Below, piece after piece: positions 49,704-59,948 of a DNA stretch of 64,000 nt. The notes under the pieces are model-generated. The model worked only from the letters and a program-made list of their open reading frames with translations. It did not search any database and had not been told where the DNA came from. Where the stretch lies: positions 16,685 through 80,684 of the forward strand of contig JAKSOV010000001.1 in the NCBI GenBank assembly GCA_024405415.1, given 5' to 3'. The stretch's first letter is position 1. Every line of letters starts with the position of its first letter. This stretch comes from Akkermansia sp. (GTDB lineage Bacteria > Verrucomicrobiota > Verrucomicrobiia > Verrucomicrobiales > Akkermansiaceae). The translations under genes were made by a program, and so were the position numbers.

Positions 49704-50390
49704 TTACATCACTTTCTTGAAGGCCTTGACGCCCCACTCGGTGCAGGTCCAGCCGCTGCCGTCGTTGGTGAAGATGCAGACGCCGCCCGTGGCGACCTTG
49801 ATGTCGTGCTCGGCGCAGAAGCCCGCGTAGTCTCCCGTGATAGCGGGCGCAAAGCGGATGGTGCCGTTGGAGGAGACGCAGAGGACGGTTTCGCCCTCCT
49901 TCACCTCGGCGGCGAGGGCGGCCCAGTTGTCAAGAATTTCTTGGACGTTCACCTTCCAATCGGGGGGCACGATGGCTTCGGCATTCCAGCGGTCGATGAT
50001 GGCTGCACCCTTGGCATCCAGCTCCTCGGGCGTGAGCGCGGCGGGGTCAATGCCCTCGTCCTCCGCGGCGATGGCGCCGAGGCGGGCCTTCACTTCCTCC
50101 TCCGTCTTGTTCTCATCGGGGCCGTAGTCCACCTCGATGAAACGGTGGTCGGGCTGCACGGGGCAGGGGTTGCCCAGCTCCTCCGCGGCGAGGGCGGCGG
50201 TGCCCATCGTGCGCTTGAGCGGCGCGGCGAGAATGCGATCGGGCATGAGGCCGAGCTGCTTGAGCCACTTGCCGATGCCTCGGCCGCGTTCTTCTTCCAC
50301 CAGCTCCAAATCCGTGCGACCGCCGACTCGTGTCGGCGTCTCACCCTTTCTGAACGTATTGCCATGTCTGGCGATAATAAGCGTTTTCAT
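49704..50390 (-). CDS. Histidine phosphatase family protein (phosphoglycerate-mutase-like)
   Basis: MKTLIIARHGNTF carries the RHG motif. An alternative upstream ATG at 50417 would overlap the preceding gene. Confidence 0.8.
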   Translation of the reverse strand: MKTLIIARHGNTFRKGETPTRVGGRTDLELVEEERGRGIGKWLKQLGLMPDRILAAPLKRTMGTAALAAEELGNPCPVQPDHRFIEVDYGPDENKTEEEVKARLGAIAAEDEGIDPAALTPEELDAKGAAIIDRWNAEAIVPPDWKVNVQEILDNWAALAAEVKEGETVLCVSSNGTIRFAPAITGDYAGFCAEHDIKVATGGVCIFTNDGSGWTCTEWGVKAFKKVM

Positions 50391-50409
50391 AAAATTTAAA
50401 TTGTAATTC

Positions 50410-52269
50410 TTACGCAAGATCTTCTTCGATAATCAGGTTATCCACGATGTACTGCCGGCGGTCATCCGTGTTGTCGCCCATGTAGAAGCGCAGCATGTCC
50501 TTGAGGTTGTGGGCGTGTTCCAGCGTCACCTTCTCCAAGCGGATATCCTCATTAATAAAACCCTTGAACTCGGCAGGGGAGATTTCGCCGAGACCCTTGA
50601 ATCGGGTGATTTCGGGATTGCGACCGAGTTGTTTCACCGCCGCATCGCGTTCGGACTCGCTGTAGCAGTAGATGGTCTTTTGCTTGTTGCGGACGCGGAA
50701 GAGCGGGGTTTGCAGGATGTAGAGGTGCCCCTCGTCGATGAGCGGGCGGAAGTACTGGATGAAGAAAGTGAGCAGCAGCAGGCGGATGTGCATGCCGTCC
50801 ACATCGGCATCGGTGGCGATGATAACCTTGTTGTAGCGCAGGTCGTCGATGCTGCGGTCGATGTTGAGCGCGAGGTGCAGGAAATCCAGCTCCTCGTTGC
50901 GCTTCTCCTCGAAGAGGGCTGCGCGGTTCATGCCGAAGCTGTTGGCGGGCTTGCCGCGCAGGGAGAAGACGGCCTGCGTCTCTGCATCACGGGCGGTGGT
51001 GATGGAACCCGAGGCGGAGTCACCCTCCGTGATGAAAAGCATGGTATCCGCGGCGCGCTTGTGCTTGGTGTCGTAGTGCACGCGGCAGTCGCGCAGCTTG
51101 CGGGTGTGAATCTTCGCCTTTTTGGCGCGCTCCTTGGCCACCTTGCCGGTGACACCCGCCACCTCCTTGCGCGTCTTTTCGTTCTCCTTCACGCGCTCCT
51201 CGATAGCTTCCGCAATCTCGGGGTGGCGGTGAAGGAAATTGTCCAGCTCGCGACCGAGGAAATTCAGCACGAAGGTGCGGATGGTCTCCTTGCCGGGGCC
51301 CATGGTGTTGCTGCCGAGCTTTGTCTTGGTCTGGGATTCAAAGACGGGGTCAATCACCTTGATGCTGATAGCCGCCTGAATCCCTGTGCGGATATCGGAG
51401 GCCTCGTAGCTCTTCTTGAAGAAGTTTTGCAGGGTCTTGGCAATCGCCTCGCGGAAGGCGGCTTGGTGCGTGCCGCCCATGGTGGTGTGCTGGCCGTTCA
51501 CGAAGGAGTAAAAATCCTCCCCATAACCGTCTCCGTGGGTCAGGGCAATCTCAATATCGTCGCCGGTGAGGTGAATCGGCTCGTAGCGCGCTTCGTCCTT
51601 CATCTCCTCTTTCAGCAGGTCGAGAAGCCCGTTCTTGCTGGAGATGTTGCGCCCGTTGAAATTGATGGTGAGCCCTGTGTTCAGGTAGCAGTAGTAGCGG
51701 CACATGCGCTCCACGAACTCCAGATTGAATGCGGCGTTCTCAGCGAAAATCGTGCGGTCCACACGGAAGGCGACGCGGGTGCCGTCCGCCTCCTCCGTGG
51801 CTTCCGTGACATCGCTGCCCGCTACGAGCTCGCCCTGTGCAAAGGTGATGCGGCGCGTCTGCCCCTCGCGGTAGGCCTGAATCTCAAAGTGCTCGGAGAG
51901 CGCGTTGACGGCCTTGATACCCACGCCGTTCAGACCTACGGATTTCTTGAACGCCTCGCCGTCGTACTTGCCGCCCGTGTTGATTTTGGCGGCGCATTCG
52001 TAGAGCTTGCCCAGCGGAATACCGCGGCCGTAGTCACGCACCTCGCAAAGACCGTCGGCGGAGATTTTGACGAAAATCTTCTTGCCGCTGCCCATCACGA
52101 ACTCGTCGATGGAGTTATCCGCCACCTCCTTGAAGAGCACATAGAGACCGTCATCCGCCATCGAGCCGTCGCCCAGCTTGCCGATGTACATGCCGGGACG
52201 CAGGCGGATATGCTCGCGCCAGTCCAGCGTTTGAATGTCGTCCTCGGTATACGTGTACTCCTCTGCCAT
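50410..52269 (-). CDS. parE: Type IIA topoisomerase B subunit (length and N-terminus favour ParE)
   Basis: 619 aa. [37 protein letters not shown], and the TOPRIM motif [11 protein letters not shown]. Confidence 0.8.
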   Translation of the reverse strand: MAEEYTYTEDDIQTLDWREHIRLRPGMYIGKLGDGSMADDGLYVLFKEVADNSIDEFVMGSGKKIFVKISADGLCEVRDYGRGIPLGKLYECAAKINTGGKYDGEAFKKSVGLNGVGIKAVNALSEHFEIQAYREGQTRRITFAQGELVAGSDVTEATEEADGTRVAFRVDRTIFAENAAFNLEFVERMCRYYCYLNTGLTINFNGRNISSKNGLLDLLKEEMKDEARYEPIHLTGDDIEIALTHGDGYGEDFYSFVNGQHTTMGGTHQAAFREAIAKTLQNFFKKSYEASDIRTGIQAAISIKVIDPVFESQTKTKLGSNTMGPGKETIRTFVLNFLGRELDNFLHRHPEIAEAIEERVKENEKTRKEVAGVTGKVAKERAKKAKIHTRKLRDCRVHYDTKHKRAADTMLFITEGDSASGSITTARDAETQAVFSLRGKPANSFGMNRAALFEEKRNEELDFLHLALNIDRSIDDLRYNKVIIATDADVDGMHIRLLLLTFFIQYFRPLIDEGHLYILQTPLFRVRNKQKTIYCYSESERDAAVKQLGRNPEITRFKGLGEISPAEFKGFINEDIRLEKVTLEHAHNLKDMLRFYMGDNTDDRRQYIVDNLIIEEDLA

Positions 52270-52280
52270 ACTTCATCCGT

Positions 52281-52309
52281 ATCTTACAGAAAACCGAAGC
52301 ATCTGGCAA
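52281..52309 (-). promoter_or_regulatory. Sigma-70-like promoter, very short leader
   Basis: Minus strand: TTGCCA-17-TAAGAT-11 nt-ATG(52269). Confidence 0.45.
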
Positions 52310-52344
52310 GAACGATTTGCGGCGAGGGTGCGTTCAAATTCGCT

Positions 52345-52373
52345 TTTACAAAACGGGAAGCGGATGCTAGAAT
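52345..52373 (+). promoter_or_regulatory. Sigma-70-like promoter, leaderless configuration (queE)
   Basis: TTTACA-17-(TGc)TAGAAT-6 nt-ATG(52380). Confidence 0.5.
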
Positions 52374-52379
52374 AGCCCC

Positions 52380-53060
52380 ATGGCGCAGGACGCAACACTC
52401 GTGGTCAACGAAATCTTTGTGAGCATCGACGGCGAAGGCAAGACCGCCGGCATGCTGACAACCTTTGTCCGCCTTGCAGGTTGCAACCTGCGCTGCGCGT
52501 GGTGCGATACGGCCTATGCGTTGAAGAAGGAGCAGGGAACGCCTATGGCGGTGTCGGATGTGGTCGCCGCAGTGACCACGCGCTCAGTCACCCTCACGGG
52601 CGGTGAGCCTCTGGAGCAAAGTGCCGCCCCGGAGCTGGTGAGGCAGCTCATGGCCAAGGGTATTGACGTGAACGTGGAGACGAACGGCAGCCGCGACACC
52701 GCTCCGCTCCTCGCTTTGCCGCAGGCTGACTCGCACCTGATTATCACCTTGGATTGGAAGCTCCCCGCCTCGCGCATGGAGGCGCAGATGCACCGCCCGA
52801 GCTTCGCCGCTCTCCGCGAGCAGGACGTGTTGAAATTCGTTGTGGCCTCCGTCGCCGACCTCGAAAGAGCTTACGCCGTGCTCGATGAGTTGCAACCTCG
52901 TTCCCTCGTTTATTTTTCCCCGGTGTTCGGTGCTATCGAGCCTGTTGTGCTGGTCAATGCTCTGCGCAGTCGCCACGAATCGGGGCACGATGTGAGCCGC
53001 CTGCGCGTGCAGCTCCAGCTCCACAAAATCATCTGGCACCCCGAGGAACGAGGAGTGTAA
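52380..53060 (+). CDS. queE: 7-carboxy-7-deazaguanine synthase (radical SAM)
   Basis: EIFVSIDGEGKTAGMLTTFVRLAGCNLRCAWCDT. Confidence 0.9.
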   Translation: MAQDATLVVNEIFVSIDGEGKTAGMLTTFVRLAGCNLRCAWCDTAYALKKEQGTPMAVSDVVAAVTTRSVTLTGGEPLEQSAAPELVRQLMAKGIDVNVETNGSRDTAPLLALPQADSHLIITLDWKLPASRMEAQMHRPSFAALREQDVLKFVVASVADLERAYAVLDELQPRSLVYFSPVFGAIEPVVLVNALRSRHESGHDVSRLRVQLQLHKIIWHPEERGV

Positions 53061-53139
53061 AGGAAACAAACGCGGGTTCAAGCGCTGACGCGGTTTGTCC
53101 GCTGACCAAATAAGGATTTGTCGGTCTGACGCTGTTACC

Positions 53140-54024
53140 TTAATTCTCGGTAATCAGCTCACGCACTGTCTGCAGCCATGCAGCGGCGGCGCGGGAGACG
53201 GGGCGGGATTTGAGCCATGCGAGCGTCAGGGTGGCCTCCAGCGGCGGGTCGAGCGGGCGGAAGGCCAGCCCGCTGTCGCCCGCGGTGTTGATGATGCCGC
53301 CGAGGGTTACGGCGTAGCCCATGCCCTGCCGCACCATGTGGGAGAGGTTATAGAGCAGATTGCCGCGCGCTGCGATGCGTAGGCGGTGGATGTCCTCCCC
53401 GAACCAGGCGGAGAGCATCGTGTCCACGCGGGATTGGGAGGAGATAAGGAGCGGCTTGTCCCTCAGCTGCTCGGGGCGGATGCGCTCGCAAGCGGCCAAG
53501 GGCGCATCTGCGGGCATTAGCACACCCCATGTATCGCGCACAGGCAGCTCCAGCGTGTGGTAGCGGCTCAGGTCGATGGGGGCGATGAAGAACGCGAAGT
53601 CCAGCACGCCACGCTCCAGCCGCTCCGTCACATCGTTGCCGTTGCCGCTGTAGAGTCGGAAATGCACGCCGGGGTGCGCGTCCTGCACGCGCTTGGCCGC
53701 CTCCGCCGGCAGGGCGAAGCCCGGGCTTTCACCGCCGCCGATGGCAATGTCGCCCGTGATGACGCCCTCCTGCCCGCGGAACTCTGCCTGCGCCGCATCG
53801 GCCAGCGCCACGATTTCCTCCGCGCGGCGGCGGAAGTAGATGCCGCTTTCCGTGAGCGTGGTGCTGCGGCTGCTGCGGCGGAAGAGCCGCGTTCCCAGCT
53901 CTTCCTCTAAATCCATCAGCTGACGGGAGAGGGTCGGCTGGGTGACATGCAGCGCTGCTGCTGCTCGGCTCACGGAGCCTTCGTTCGCCACCGCCAGAAA
54001 ATATCGCAAGACACGCAGTTCCAT
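53140..54024 (-). CDS. LysR-family transcriptional regulator
   Basis: MELRVLRYFLAVANEGSVSRAAAALHVTQPTLSRQLMDLEEELG (HTH), plus a periplasmic-binding-protein-like effector domain. Confidence 0.9.
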   Translation of the reverse strand: MELRVLRYFLAVANEGSVSRAAAALHVTQPTLSRQLMDLEEELGTRLFRRSSRSTTLTESGIYFRRRAEEIVALADAAQAEFRGQEGVITGDIAIGGGESPGFALPAEAAKRVQDAHPGVHFRLYSGNGNDVTERLERGVLDFAFFIAPIDLSRYHTLELPVRDTWGVLMPADAPLAACERIRPEQLRDKPLLISSQSRVDTMLSAWFGEDIHRLRIAARGNLLYNLSHMVRQGMGYAVTLGGIINTAGDSGLAFRPLDPPLEATLTLAWLKSRPVSRAAAAWLQTVRELITEN

Positions 54025-54030
54025 GGGTGG

Positions 54031-54059
54031 ATTATATATGCCTCATGGGCATATCGCAA
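54031..54059 (-). promoter_or_regulatory. lysR promoter (leaderless) with an embedded dyad operator
   Basis: Minus strand: TTGCGA-17-TATAAT-6 nt-ATG(54024). The spacer contains the dyad ATATGCC-N5-GGCATAT (54036-54054). Confidence 0.5.
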
Positions 54060-54075
54060 TATAAAATGAAAGTAT

Positions 54076-54104
54076 TTGTCATAAAAGGCGCGCTTCTGTA
54101 TCAT
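54076..54104 (+). promoter_or_regulatory. Candidate promoter of the divergent hydrolase gene (leadered)
   Basis: TTGTCA-17-TATCAT, 33 nt upstream of the ATG at 54138. Confidence 0.4.
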
Positions 54105-54137
54105 GAAAGGCAAGGGATGTTAAGCCCCGATACCGAT

Positions 54138-55181
54138 ATGAAAAAGACCCTCTTTGCTGCGCTGCTGGCAGCTCTTCTGCTGCCCGCTGCGGCTCAACCC
54201 GCTATGACCGTTATGAATACCATCGCCGATGATACCCGCGTTTTCCGCATCAACCCCGCTGTCACCGCCAAGGATGTGCGCTTCACCAACCGCTTCGGCA
54301 TCGAGCTGGCGGGGCACCTCTACCTGCCCGCGGGCTTCGATGAGACGAAGCATTACCCCGCTATCGCCGTCAGCGGCCCCTTCGGCGCGGTGAAGGAGCA
54401 GTCCTCCGGTCTCTACGCGCAGGAACTCGCCGCCCGCGGCTATGTGACCGTCGCCTTCGACCCCTCCTTTACAGGTGAAAGCGGCGGCACGCCCCGCTAT
54501 GTTGCCTCCCCCGACATCAACACGGAAGACTTTTCCGCCGCCGTGGATTTCCTGTCGCTTCTGCCCTATGTGAAGGCGGATGCCGTCGGCATTCTCGGCG
54601 TTTGCGGATGGGGCGGCTTGGCGCTCAATGCCGCGGCTAACGACCCGCGTATCAAGGCCACCGTGGCCTCCACCATGTACGATATGCACCGTGTAACCGC
54701 CAACGGCTACTTTGACAGCGCGGACAACGCCGATGCCCGCCACGAACTGCGCACGCAGCTCGCCGCCCAGCGCCTGAAGGATGCGACTCTGGATGCCCCC
54801 GAGACCGCGGGCGGTGTGCCCGACGTGTTGCCCGAGGACGCCCCGCAGTTCCTGAAGGACTATTTCGCCTACTATAAGACCCCGCGCGGCTACCATCCCC
54901 GCTCGCTGAACTCCAACGGCGGCTGGAACAAGACGAGCGCGCTCTCCTTCCTTAACACCCCGCTGCTGGCCTATGCAGGGGAAATCCGCTCCGCCGTTCT
55001 CATCATCCATGGTGAAAAGGCGCACTCCCGCTACTTCGGCGAGACGGCCTTCTCTCTCCTGAAAGGCGACAATAAAGAGCTTCACATCATCCCCGGTGCC
55101 AGCCATGTGGACCTCTACGACAACTACGACAAAATTCCCTTCGATAAGCTCGAACGCTTCTACGGCGAGAATCTGAAATAA
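54138..55181 (+). CDS. Secreted alpha/beta hydrolase
   Basis: Signal peptide MKKTLFAALLAALLLPAAAQ. Nucleophile-elbow context GVCGWGG. C-terminal IIPGASHVDLYD (catalytic His region). Confidence 0.8.
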   Translation: MKKTLFAALLAALLLPAAAQPAMTVMNTIADDTRVFRINPAVTAKDVRFTNRFGIELAGHLYLPAGFDETKHYPAIAVSGPFGAVKEQSSGLYAQELAARGYVTVAFDPSFTGESGGTPRYVASPDINTEDFSAAVDFLSLLPYVKADAVGILGVCGWGGLALNAAANDPRIKATVASTMYDMHRVTANGYFDSADNADARHELRTQLAAQRLKDATLDAPETAGGVPDVLPEDAPQFLKDYFAYYKTPRGYHPRSLNSNGGWNKTSALSFLNTPLLAYAGEIRSAVLIIHGEKAHSRYFGETAFSLLKGDNKELHIIPGASHVDLYDNYDKIPFDKLERFYGENLK

Positions 55182-55203
55182 TCGCGCTCCGGCGTTTTTC
55201 TTC

Positions 55204-55233
55204 TTGTCTTCAAGTAACTTGAAGCAATAGAAT
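55204..55233 (+). promoter_or_regulatory. Sigma-70-like promoter, leaderless configuration (dxs)
   Basis: TTGTCT-18-TAGAAT-6 nt-ATG(55240). The spacer contains the palindrome CTTCAAG-TAA-CTTGAAG. Confidence 0.5.
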
Positions 55234-55239
55234 CATCGT

Positions 55240-56988
55240 ATGGAAACCCCTTATCTGAACCGCATTTCTTCTCCGCAGGACATCAAAACGATGAGCACGG
55301 AGGAGCTGAAAGCTCTTGCGGAGGAGATGCGCTACGGTATCATTCACCGCACCAATCTCATCGGCGGACATTTCGGCCCGGATTTGGGCATCGTGGAAGC
55401 CACGATTGCGCTGCACCTTGTCTTTGATTCCCCGAAGGACAAGATGATTTTCGATGTCTCGCACCAGTGCTACCCCCATAAGATGCTGACGGGCCGCAAG
55501 GACGGCTACCTCGACCCCGAGCACCACCGCATCTCGGGCTACACCAGCCCGCACGAGAGCGAGCACGACCTCTTCACCATCGGCCACACCTCGACCTCCG
55601 TCAGCCTCGCCTGCGGCGTGGCGAAGGCTCGTGATTTGAAGGGCGAGGCGTACAACGTTATCGCCATCATCGGTGACGGCTCGCTCTCGGGCGGTGAGGC
55701 CTTGGAAGGCCTGAGCGCGGGTGCCGTGCTGGGCGGTAATCTGATTGTGGTGGTCAACGACAACGAGATGTCCATCTCCCCGACCAACGGCGGCCTGTAC
55801 AAGGGCTTGGCCGAGCTGCGCCGCACAAAGGGTGCCGCCTCCAACAACATCTTTACCTTCATGGGTTACGACTACCTGTATGTGGAGGACGGCAACGACA
55901 TCGACGCGCTGGTGACCGCCTTCCGCAAGGTCAAGAATTCCCCTAAGCCTGTGGTGGTGCATATCCACACCTTGAAGGGCAAGGGCTATGCCCCCGCCGT
56001 GGAAAACAAGGAGCCCTACCACTGGATTATGCCCGGCGAGGTGGACAACGGCCTGCAACGCGGGCTGAGCGTGTTCGACCAAATCACGACCCGCTACCTG
56101 CTGGAGCAGAAGGCCAAGGGTGAGCCCATCGTGGCCGTCACCCCCGCCACAGCGGGCATCTGCGGCTTCACGCCCGAGTTCCGCGCCGCGATGGGCGAAC
56201 ACTACACGGATGTGGACATCTGCGAACAGCACGCCGTCGGCTACATCTCCGGCCTCGCCACCAACGGGGCTAAGCCCGTGCTGCCTATTATGAGCTCCTT
56301 CCTGCAACGCAGCTACGACCAGCTCTCGCAGGACTTGTCCATCAACAAGGCGCCTGCCACCATTTTGGTGGTCTGGGGCGGCATCTCCGGCTCCGATGTC
56401 ACGCACCTGACGCTCTTCGATATCCCGCTGGTCGCCAACATCCCGAACATCGTCTACCTCGCCCCGACCACGACGGAGGAATACGAAGCCATGCTGGATT
56501 GGTCCGTGCACCAGACGGAGCACCCCGTCGCCATCCGTGTTCCCAACGTCCCTCATTCCTGCGGCGTGAAAGACACGACGGATTACAGCGTGCTCAACAC
56601 CTTCAAAATGACCCGCAAGGGCAGCAAGGTGGCCCTCATCGGTGCGGGCAATTTCTACTGGCTTGCCGAGCAGACGGCCGATGCCCTGAAAGCGCGCTTC
56701 GGCTTCGCCCCCACGCTCATTAACCCCGTCTACCTCACCGGTACGGATAAGGCCATGCTGGACAGCCTGAAGACCGACCACGACATCGTCATCACCTTGG
56801 AGGACGGCTGTACCGCGGGCGGCTTCGGTGAAAGCATCGCGGCCTACTACGGCGGCTCCGACATGAAGGTGCTCGTCTACGGCGCCGACAAGGAATTCAC
56901 CGACAGCGTGCCCTTGCCCGAGCTCTATCAGCGCTATCACCTCACCCCCGAGCTGATAGCAGACGACATTGCCCCGCTGCTGGGTTAA
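55240..56988 (+). CDS. dxs: 1-deoxy-D-xylulose-5-phosphate synthase (short form)
   Basis: 582 aa. GGHFGPDLGIVEATIALH, FDVSHQCYPHKMLTGR and IIGDGSLSGGEALE (the TPP-binding GDG motif). Confidence 0.85.
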   Translation: METPYLNRISSPQDIKTMSTEELKALAEEMRYGIIHRTNLIGGHFGPDLGIVEATIALHLVFDSPKDKMIFDVSHQCYPHKMLTGRKDGYLDPEHHRISGYTSPHESEHDLFTIGHTSTSVSLACGVAKARDLKGEAYNVIAIIGDGSLSGGEALEGLSAGAVLGGNLIVVVNDNEMSISPTNGGLYKGLAELRRTKGAASNNIFTFMGYDYLYVEDGNDIDALVTAFRKVKNSPKPVVVHIHTLKGKGYAPAVENKEPYHWIMPGEVDNGLQRGLSVFDQITTRYLLEQKAKGEPIVAVTPATAGICGFTPEFRAAMGEHYTDVDICEQHAVGYISGLATNGAKPVLPIMSSFLQRSYDQLSQDLSINKAPATILVVWGGISGSDVTHLTLFDIPLVANIPNIVYLAPTTTEEYEAMLDWSVHQTEHPVAIRVPNVPHSCGVKDTTDYSVLNTFKMTRKGSKVALIGAGNFYWLAEQTADALKARFGFAPTLINPVYLTGTDKAMLDSLKTDHDIVITLEDGCTAGGFGESIAAYYGGSDMKVLVYGADKEFTDSVPLPELYQRYHLTPELIADDIAPLLG

Positions 56989-57089
56989 ACACTACGCTCA
57001 TCCCCCTATTTCCCGCGGCGTTCGCGAGCCTCCGCGCTCCCGAACGCCGCTTTTTTGTTCGCCGATGATTTCGCCGTGTTATTTGTGTT

Positions 57090-57554
57090 GTTCGAAAATA
57101 CGCCCTTTATCTTGTCTTTTGATAGCAGCGGCGGTACATCGAAATGATGACCTCAATAATCCAAATGTGGCCACACATCTGCGACCTGCTCGCCATGGTC
57201 ATGAGCTTCTTTGAAATGATATAAAAGAAGCAACCCCGCAGACGCGGCCACATCTGCGGGGGGGTTGGTACATCAAAAATGACGTCAATAACCTTGTAGC
57301 TTTTTAAGCTCAAGGCCATTGTAGAGAGAGAAGGGGAGCCTGTCAACAGTTTTTTGCTGCTCGCGAGTGCTAAGACGCAACATGTCCGTGGAAACTACCG
57401 TGATAGGAGCGCTCGTAAGGAAAGGAGCTCATCTGACGGCACGTCAGATGCGGTTGGTAATCATGCGGCGAACCTGTCTCGGCGTAGCCGTAGGCGAAGA
57501 CGGAAGCCGTACGAATTTTCCAAATCAAAAATCTTAAATCACCTATTTCTTATC
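57090..57554. repeat. Copy B of the ~0.47-0.49 kb structured non-coding module
   Basis: Colinear with 26641-27131. It ends exactly at the aroE stop codon and is preceded by a degenerate ATTTCGCC iteron remnant (57061-57085). Confidence 0.85.
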
Positions 57555-58461
57555 CCAAATCTCCCAACGCTTTGCGCATGGGGGCGATGGGGGGCAGGGT
57601 GGCAAACCAGTGGTCAAAAGCAATGGCACCTTGCCAGAGGAGCATGGAGAGGCCCTTGTCCGTGGTGCAGCCGCGGGCAGCGGCGGCGCGGCGGAAGGGG
57701 GTGTCGTGCGTCACGATGTCGTAGACAAAATGATGCGGGTGAAGCCACGCGGCGGGGAGGGGGAGCGGGTCGCCCTCGCGGAGACCGAGGCTGGTGGCGT
57801 TCACAATAAGGTCGGCGTGCTCGACCTCTTTTTGTAGAGCTTTATCATCAAAAGTGTAGGCGGGGATATTGAGCCCTCCTTTTTCTACTAAGCTCTCTAA
57901 TCTTGCCTTAATTGCGGGCAATTCAGGTCTTTGTCGATTTACAAGTATTGGCTTGCAACCCGAAAGGGCGCACTGGCAGGCGAGGGCGGAACCCGCGCCG
58001 CCGCAGGCACCGAGGATGACGATGCGAAGCTCCGCGAGCGCCTTGCCGCCCGTCAGCTCGGCGATGGCACGTTCAAAACCGGGGCCGTCCGTATTGTAAC
58101 CATGCAGCCCGTCCTCGCGCCACACGAGGGTGTTCACCGCGCCGCTCAGCTCCGCGAGGGCATCGCGGTGCTGCGCGGCGAGGAAAGCGCGCTTTTTGAA
58201 AGGCACGGTGACATTGACGCCTATAAAGCCCTTGTCGTGAAGGATGTGCAGCAGGGATTCAAACGCCCCCTCCTCCGTGCCCGCAAGGAGACGGACATAG
58301 GCGGCGTTCACCCCCACGGCATCCAGCGCGGCTTGCTGCATCTGCGGGGATTTGGAGTGAGCAATCGGATTCCCGATGACCCCCAGCTGCACGGGCTTGT
58401 CCTTGAGCACCCAAGGGGTGCTCAACCCCGCAATATCCTCAGCTGTGTAGACGTCCTTCAT
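57550..58461 (-). CDS. aroE: Shikimate dehydrogenase
   Basis: GVIGNPIAHSKSPQMQQAA..., ILGACGGAGSA (NADP-binding site). Confidence 0.9.
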   Translation of the reverse strand: MKDVYTAEDIAGLSTPWVLKDKPVQLGVIGNPIAHSKSPQMQQAALDAVGVNAAYVRLLAGTEEGAFESLLHILHDKGFIGVNVTVPFKKRAFLAAQHRDALAELSGAVNTLVWREDGLHGYNTDGPGFERAIAELTGGKALAELRIVILGACGGAGSALACQCALSGCKPILVNRQRPELPAIKARLESLVEKGGLNIPAYTFDDKALQKEVEHADLIVNATSLGLREGDPLPLPAAWLHPHHFVYDIVTHDTPFRRAAAARGCTTDKGLSMLLWQGAIAFDHWFATLPPIAPMRKALGDLG

Positions 58462-58494
58462 GATTTGTACATTGTACTTTGTACATTGTACATC
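58462..58494. repeat. 4 x heptamer block that fills the entire yajC-aroE spacer
   Basis: GA-TTTGTAC-ATTGTAC-TTTGTAC-ATTGTAC-ATC. It shares the 17 nt TGATTTGTACATTGTAC with 15424-15440. Confidence 0.8.
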
Positions 58495-58821
58495 TCACTT
58501 CGTCTCGGCCTTGCCGTCCTTCGCCACGTTGGCGGCGATGCTGGTCTTGGCAATTTTAATCACGGTGTTGGCCGCAATCTCCAGCTTCACGGTGCTGTCC
58601 TGCACCTCGCGGATGATGCCGTAGATACCGCCCGCGGTCACGACCTTGTCGCCGACCTTGAGCCCCTCGTGGAGCTTCTTCTGCTCCTTCTGCTGCTTCT
58701 GCTGGGGGCGGATGAGCAGGAAGTAGAAAATCACGCCGATGAGGGCGATGGTGATAACCGTCTGAATGGGGCTGCCCTGCTGGTCAGCCGCGGCCTGGGC
58801 CAGAATGAATGCGGTGGTCAT
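58495..58821 (-). CDS. yajC: Preprotein translocase subunit YajC
   Basis: 108 aa. IALIGVIFYFLLIRPQQKQQKEQKKLHEGLKVGDKVVTAGGIYGII. Confidence 0.9.
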   Translation of the reverse strand: MTTAFILAQAAADQQGSPIQTVITIALIGVIFYFLLIRPQQKQQKEQKKLHEGLKVGDKVVTAGGIYGIIREVQDSTVKLEIAANTVIKIAKTSIAANVAKDGKAETK

Positions 58822-59948
58822 TGGATGTCGTTGGCTTGGTAACGCGAGATGAAGCTGCTCTTAAAGGCAGCGAATTCTCCGGCAGCGATGGCGCTTCTCG
58901 CTTGCGCCATGAGCCGTAAATAGAAGTGAAGATTTTGGAAGGAGAGCAAACGCAGCGCCAGCATCTCGCCCGCGCGGAAGAAATGGCGGACGGCGGCGCG
59001 GGAGAAGCGCGTGACATGCGGGTGCCCCTCGGGGTCGATGGGGCGGGTGTCGTACTTCCAGCGCTCGTTGCGGATGTGCATGGGGCCGTCGGGTGTGAGC
59101 GCAATGCCGTGGCGCGCCAGGCGGGTGGGCATCACGCAGTCGAACATGTCGATGCCGCGCTCAATCATCTCCAGCATCTGCGTGGGGGTGCCGAGCCCCA
59201 TGGCGTAGCGCGCCTTGTTCTGCGGCAGGTAGGGGGTGCTGTTCTCGATGGCCTCCAGCATCACCGGCTCCGGCTCGCCCACGGAGACGCCGCCCACGGC
59301 ATAGCCGTCGAAATCCATGGCAGCCAGCTCCTCCGCGCATTGGCGGCGCAGGTCCGCATAGCAGGAGCCTTGCACGATGCCGAAATGTTGCTGCGGCATG
59401 CCGTTGGTCTGCGGTTGGTGCTCATCAATCCAGGCCTTGCAGCGCTTGGCCCAGCGGAGCGTCAGCCCCAGCGATTTGGCGGCGTACTTGCGCTCGCAGG
59501 GGTAGGGCGGGCACTCATCAAAGAGCATGGCGATGTCGCTGCCGAGGTTGGCCTGAATCTCCATGCTGCGCTCGGGCGTGAGCATCATGTACGCGCCGTC
59601 GATGTGGTTGCAGAAGCGCACGCCCTCCTCCGTAATCTTGCGGAGACGCGCGAGGCTGAACACCTGAAAGCCGCCGGAGTCCGTCAGCATGGGCTTGTCC
59701 CAGCCCGCGAAGCGGTGCAGACCGCCCATGTCGCGGATGGGTTCATCGCCGGGGCGTAGGCAGAGGTGGTAGGTGTTGCCAAGGATGATTTGCGCGCCGA
59801 GGGCGTTCAAATCCTCCGGGTGCAGGGTTTTCACCGTGCCCTGTGTGCCCACGGGCATGAAGATGGGGGTCTGCACATCGCCGTGGGGCAGGTGCAGGGT
59901 GCCGAGGCGCGCGCCGCTCGGGTCGGTGGTGTGCAGGTCAAAGGACAT
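58818..59948 (-). CDS. tgt: tRNA-guanine transglycosylase
   Basis: GARLGTLHLPHGDVQTPIFMPVGTQGTVK..., a zinc-site region, 376 aa. Confidence 0.95.
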   Translation of the reverse strand: MSFDLHTTDPSGARLGTLHLPHGDVQTPIFMPVGTQGTVKTLHPEDLNALGAQIILGNTYHLCLRPGDEPIRDMGGLHRFAGWDKPMLTDSGGFQVFSLARLRKITEEGVRFCNHIDGAYMMLTPERSMEIQANLGSDIAMLFDECPPYPCERKYAAKSLGLTLRWAKRCKAWIDEHQPQTNGMPQQHFGIVQGSCYADLRRQCAEELAAMDFDGYAVGGVSVGEPEPVMLEAIENSTPYLPQNKARYAMGLGTPTQMLEMIERGIDMFDCVMPTRLARHGIALTPDGPMHIRNERWKYDTRPIDPEGHPHVTRFSRAAVRHFFRAGEMLALRLLSFQNLHFYLRLMAQARSAIAAGEFAAFKSSFISRYQANDIQ

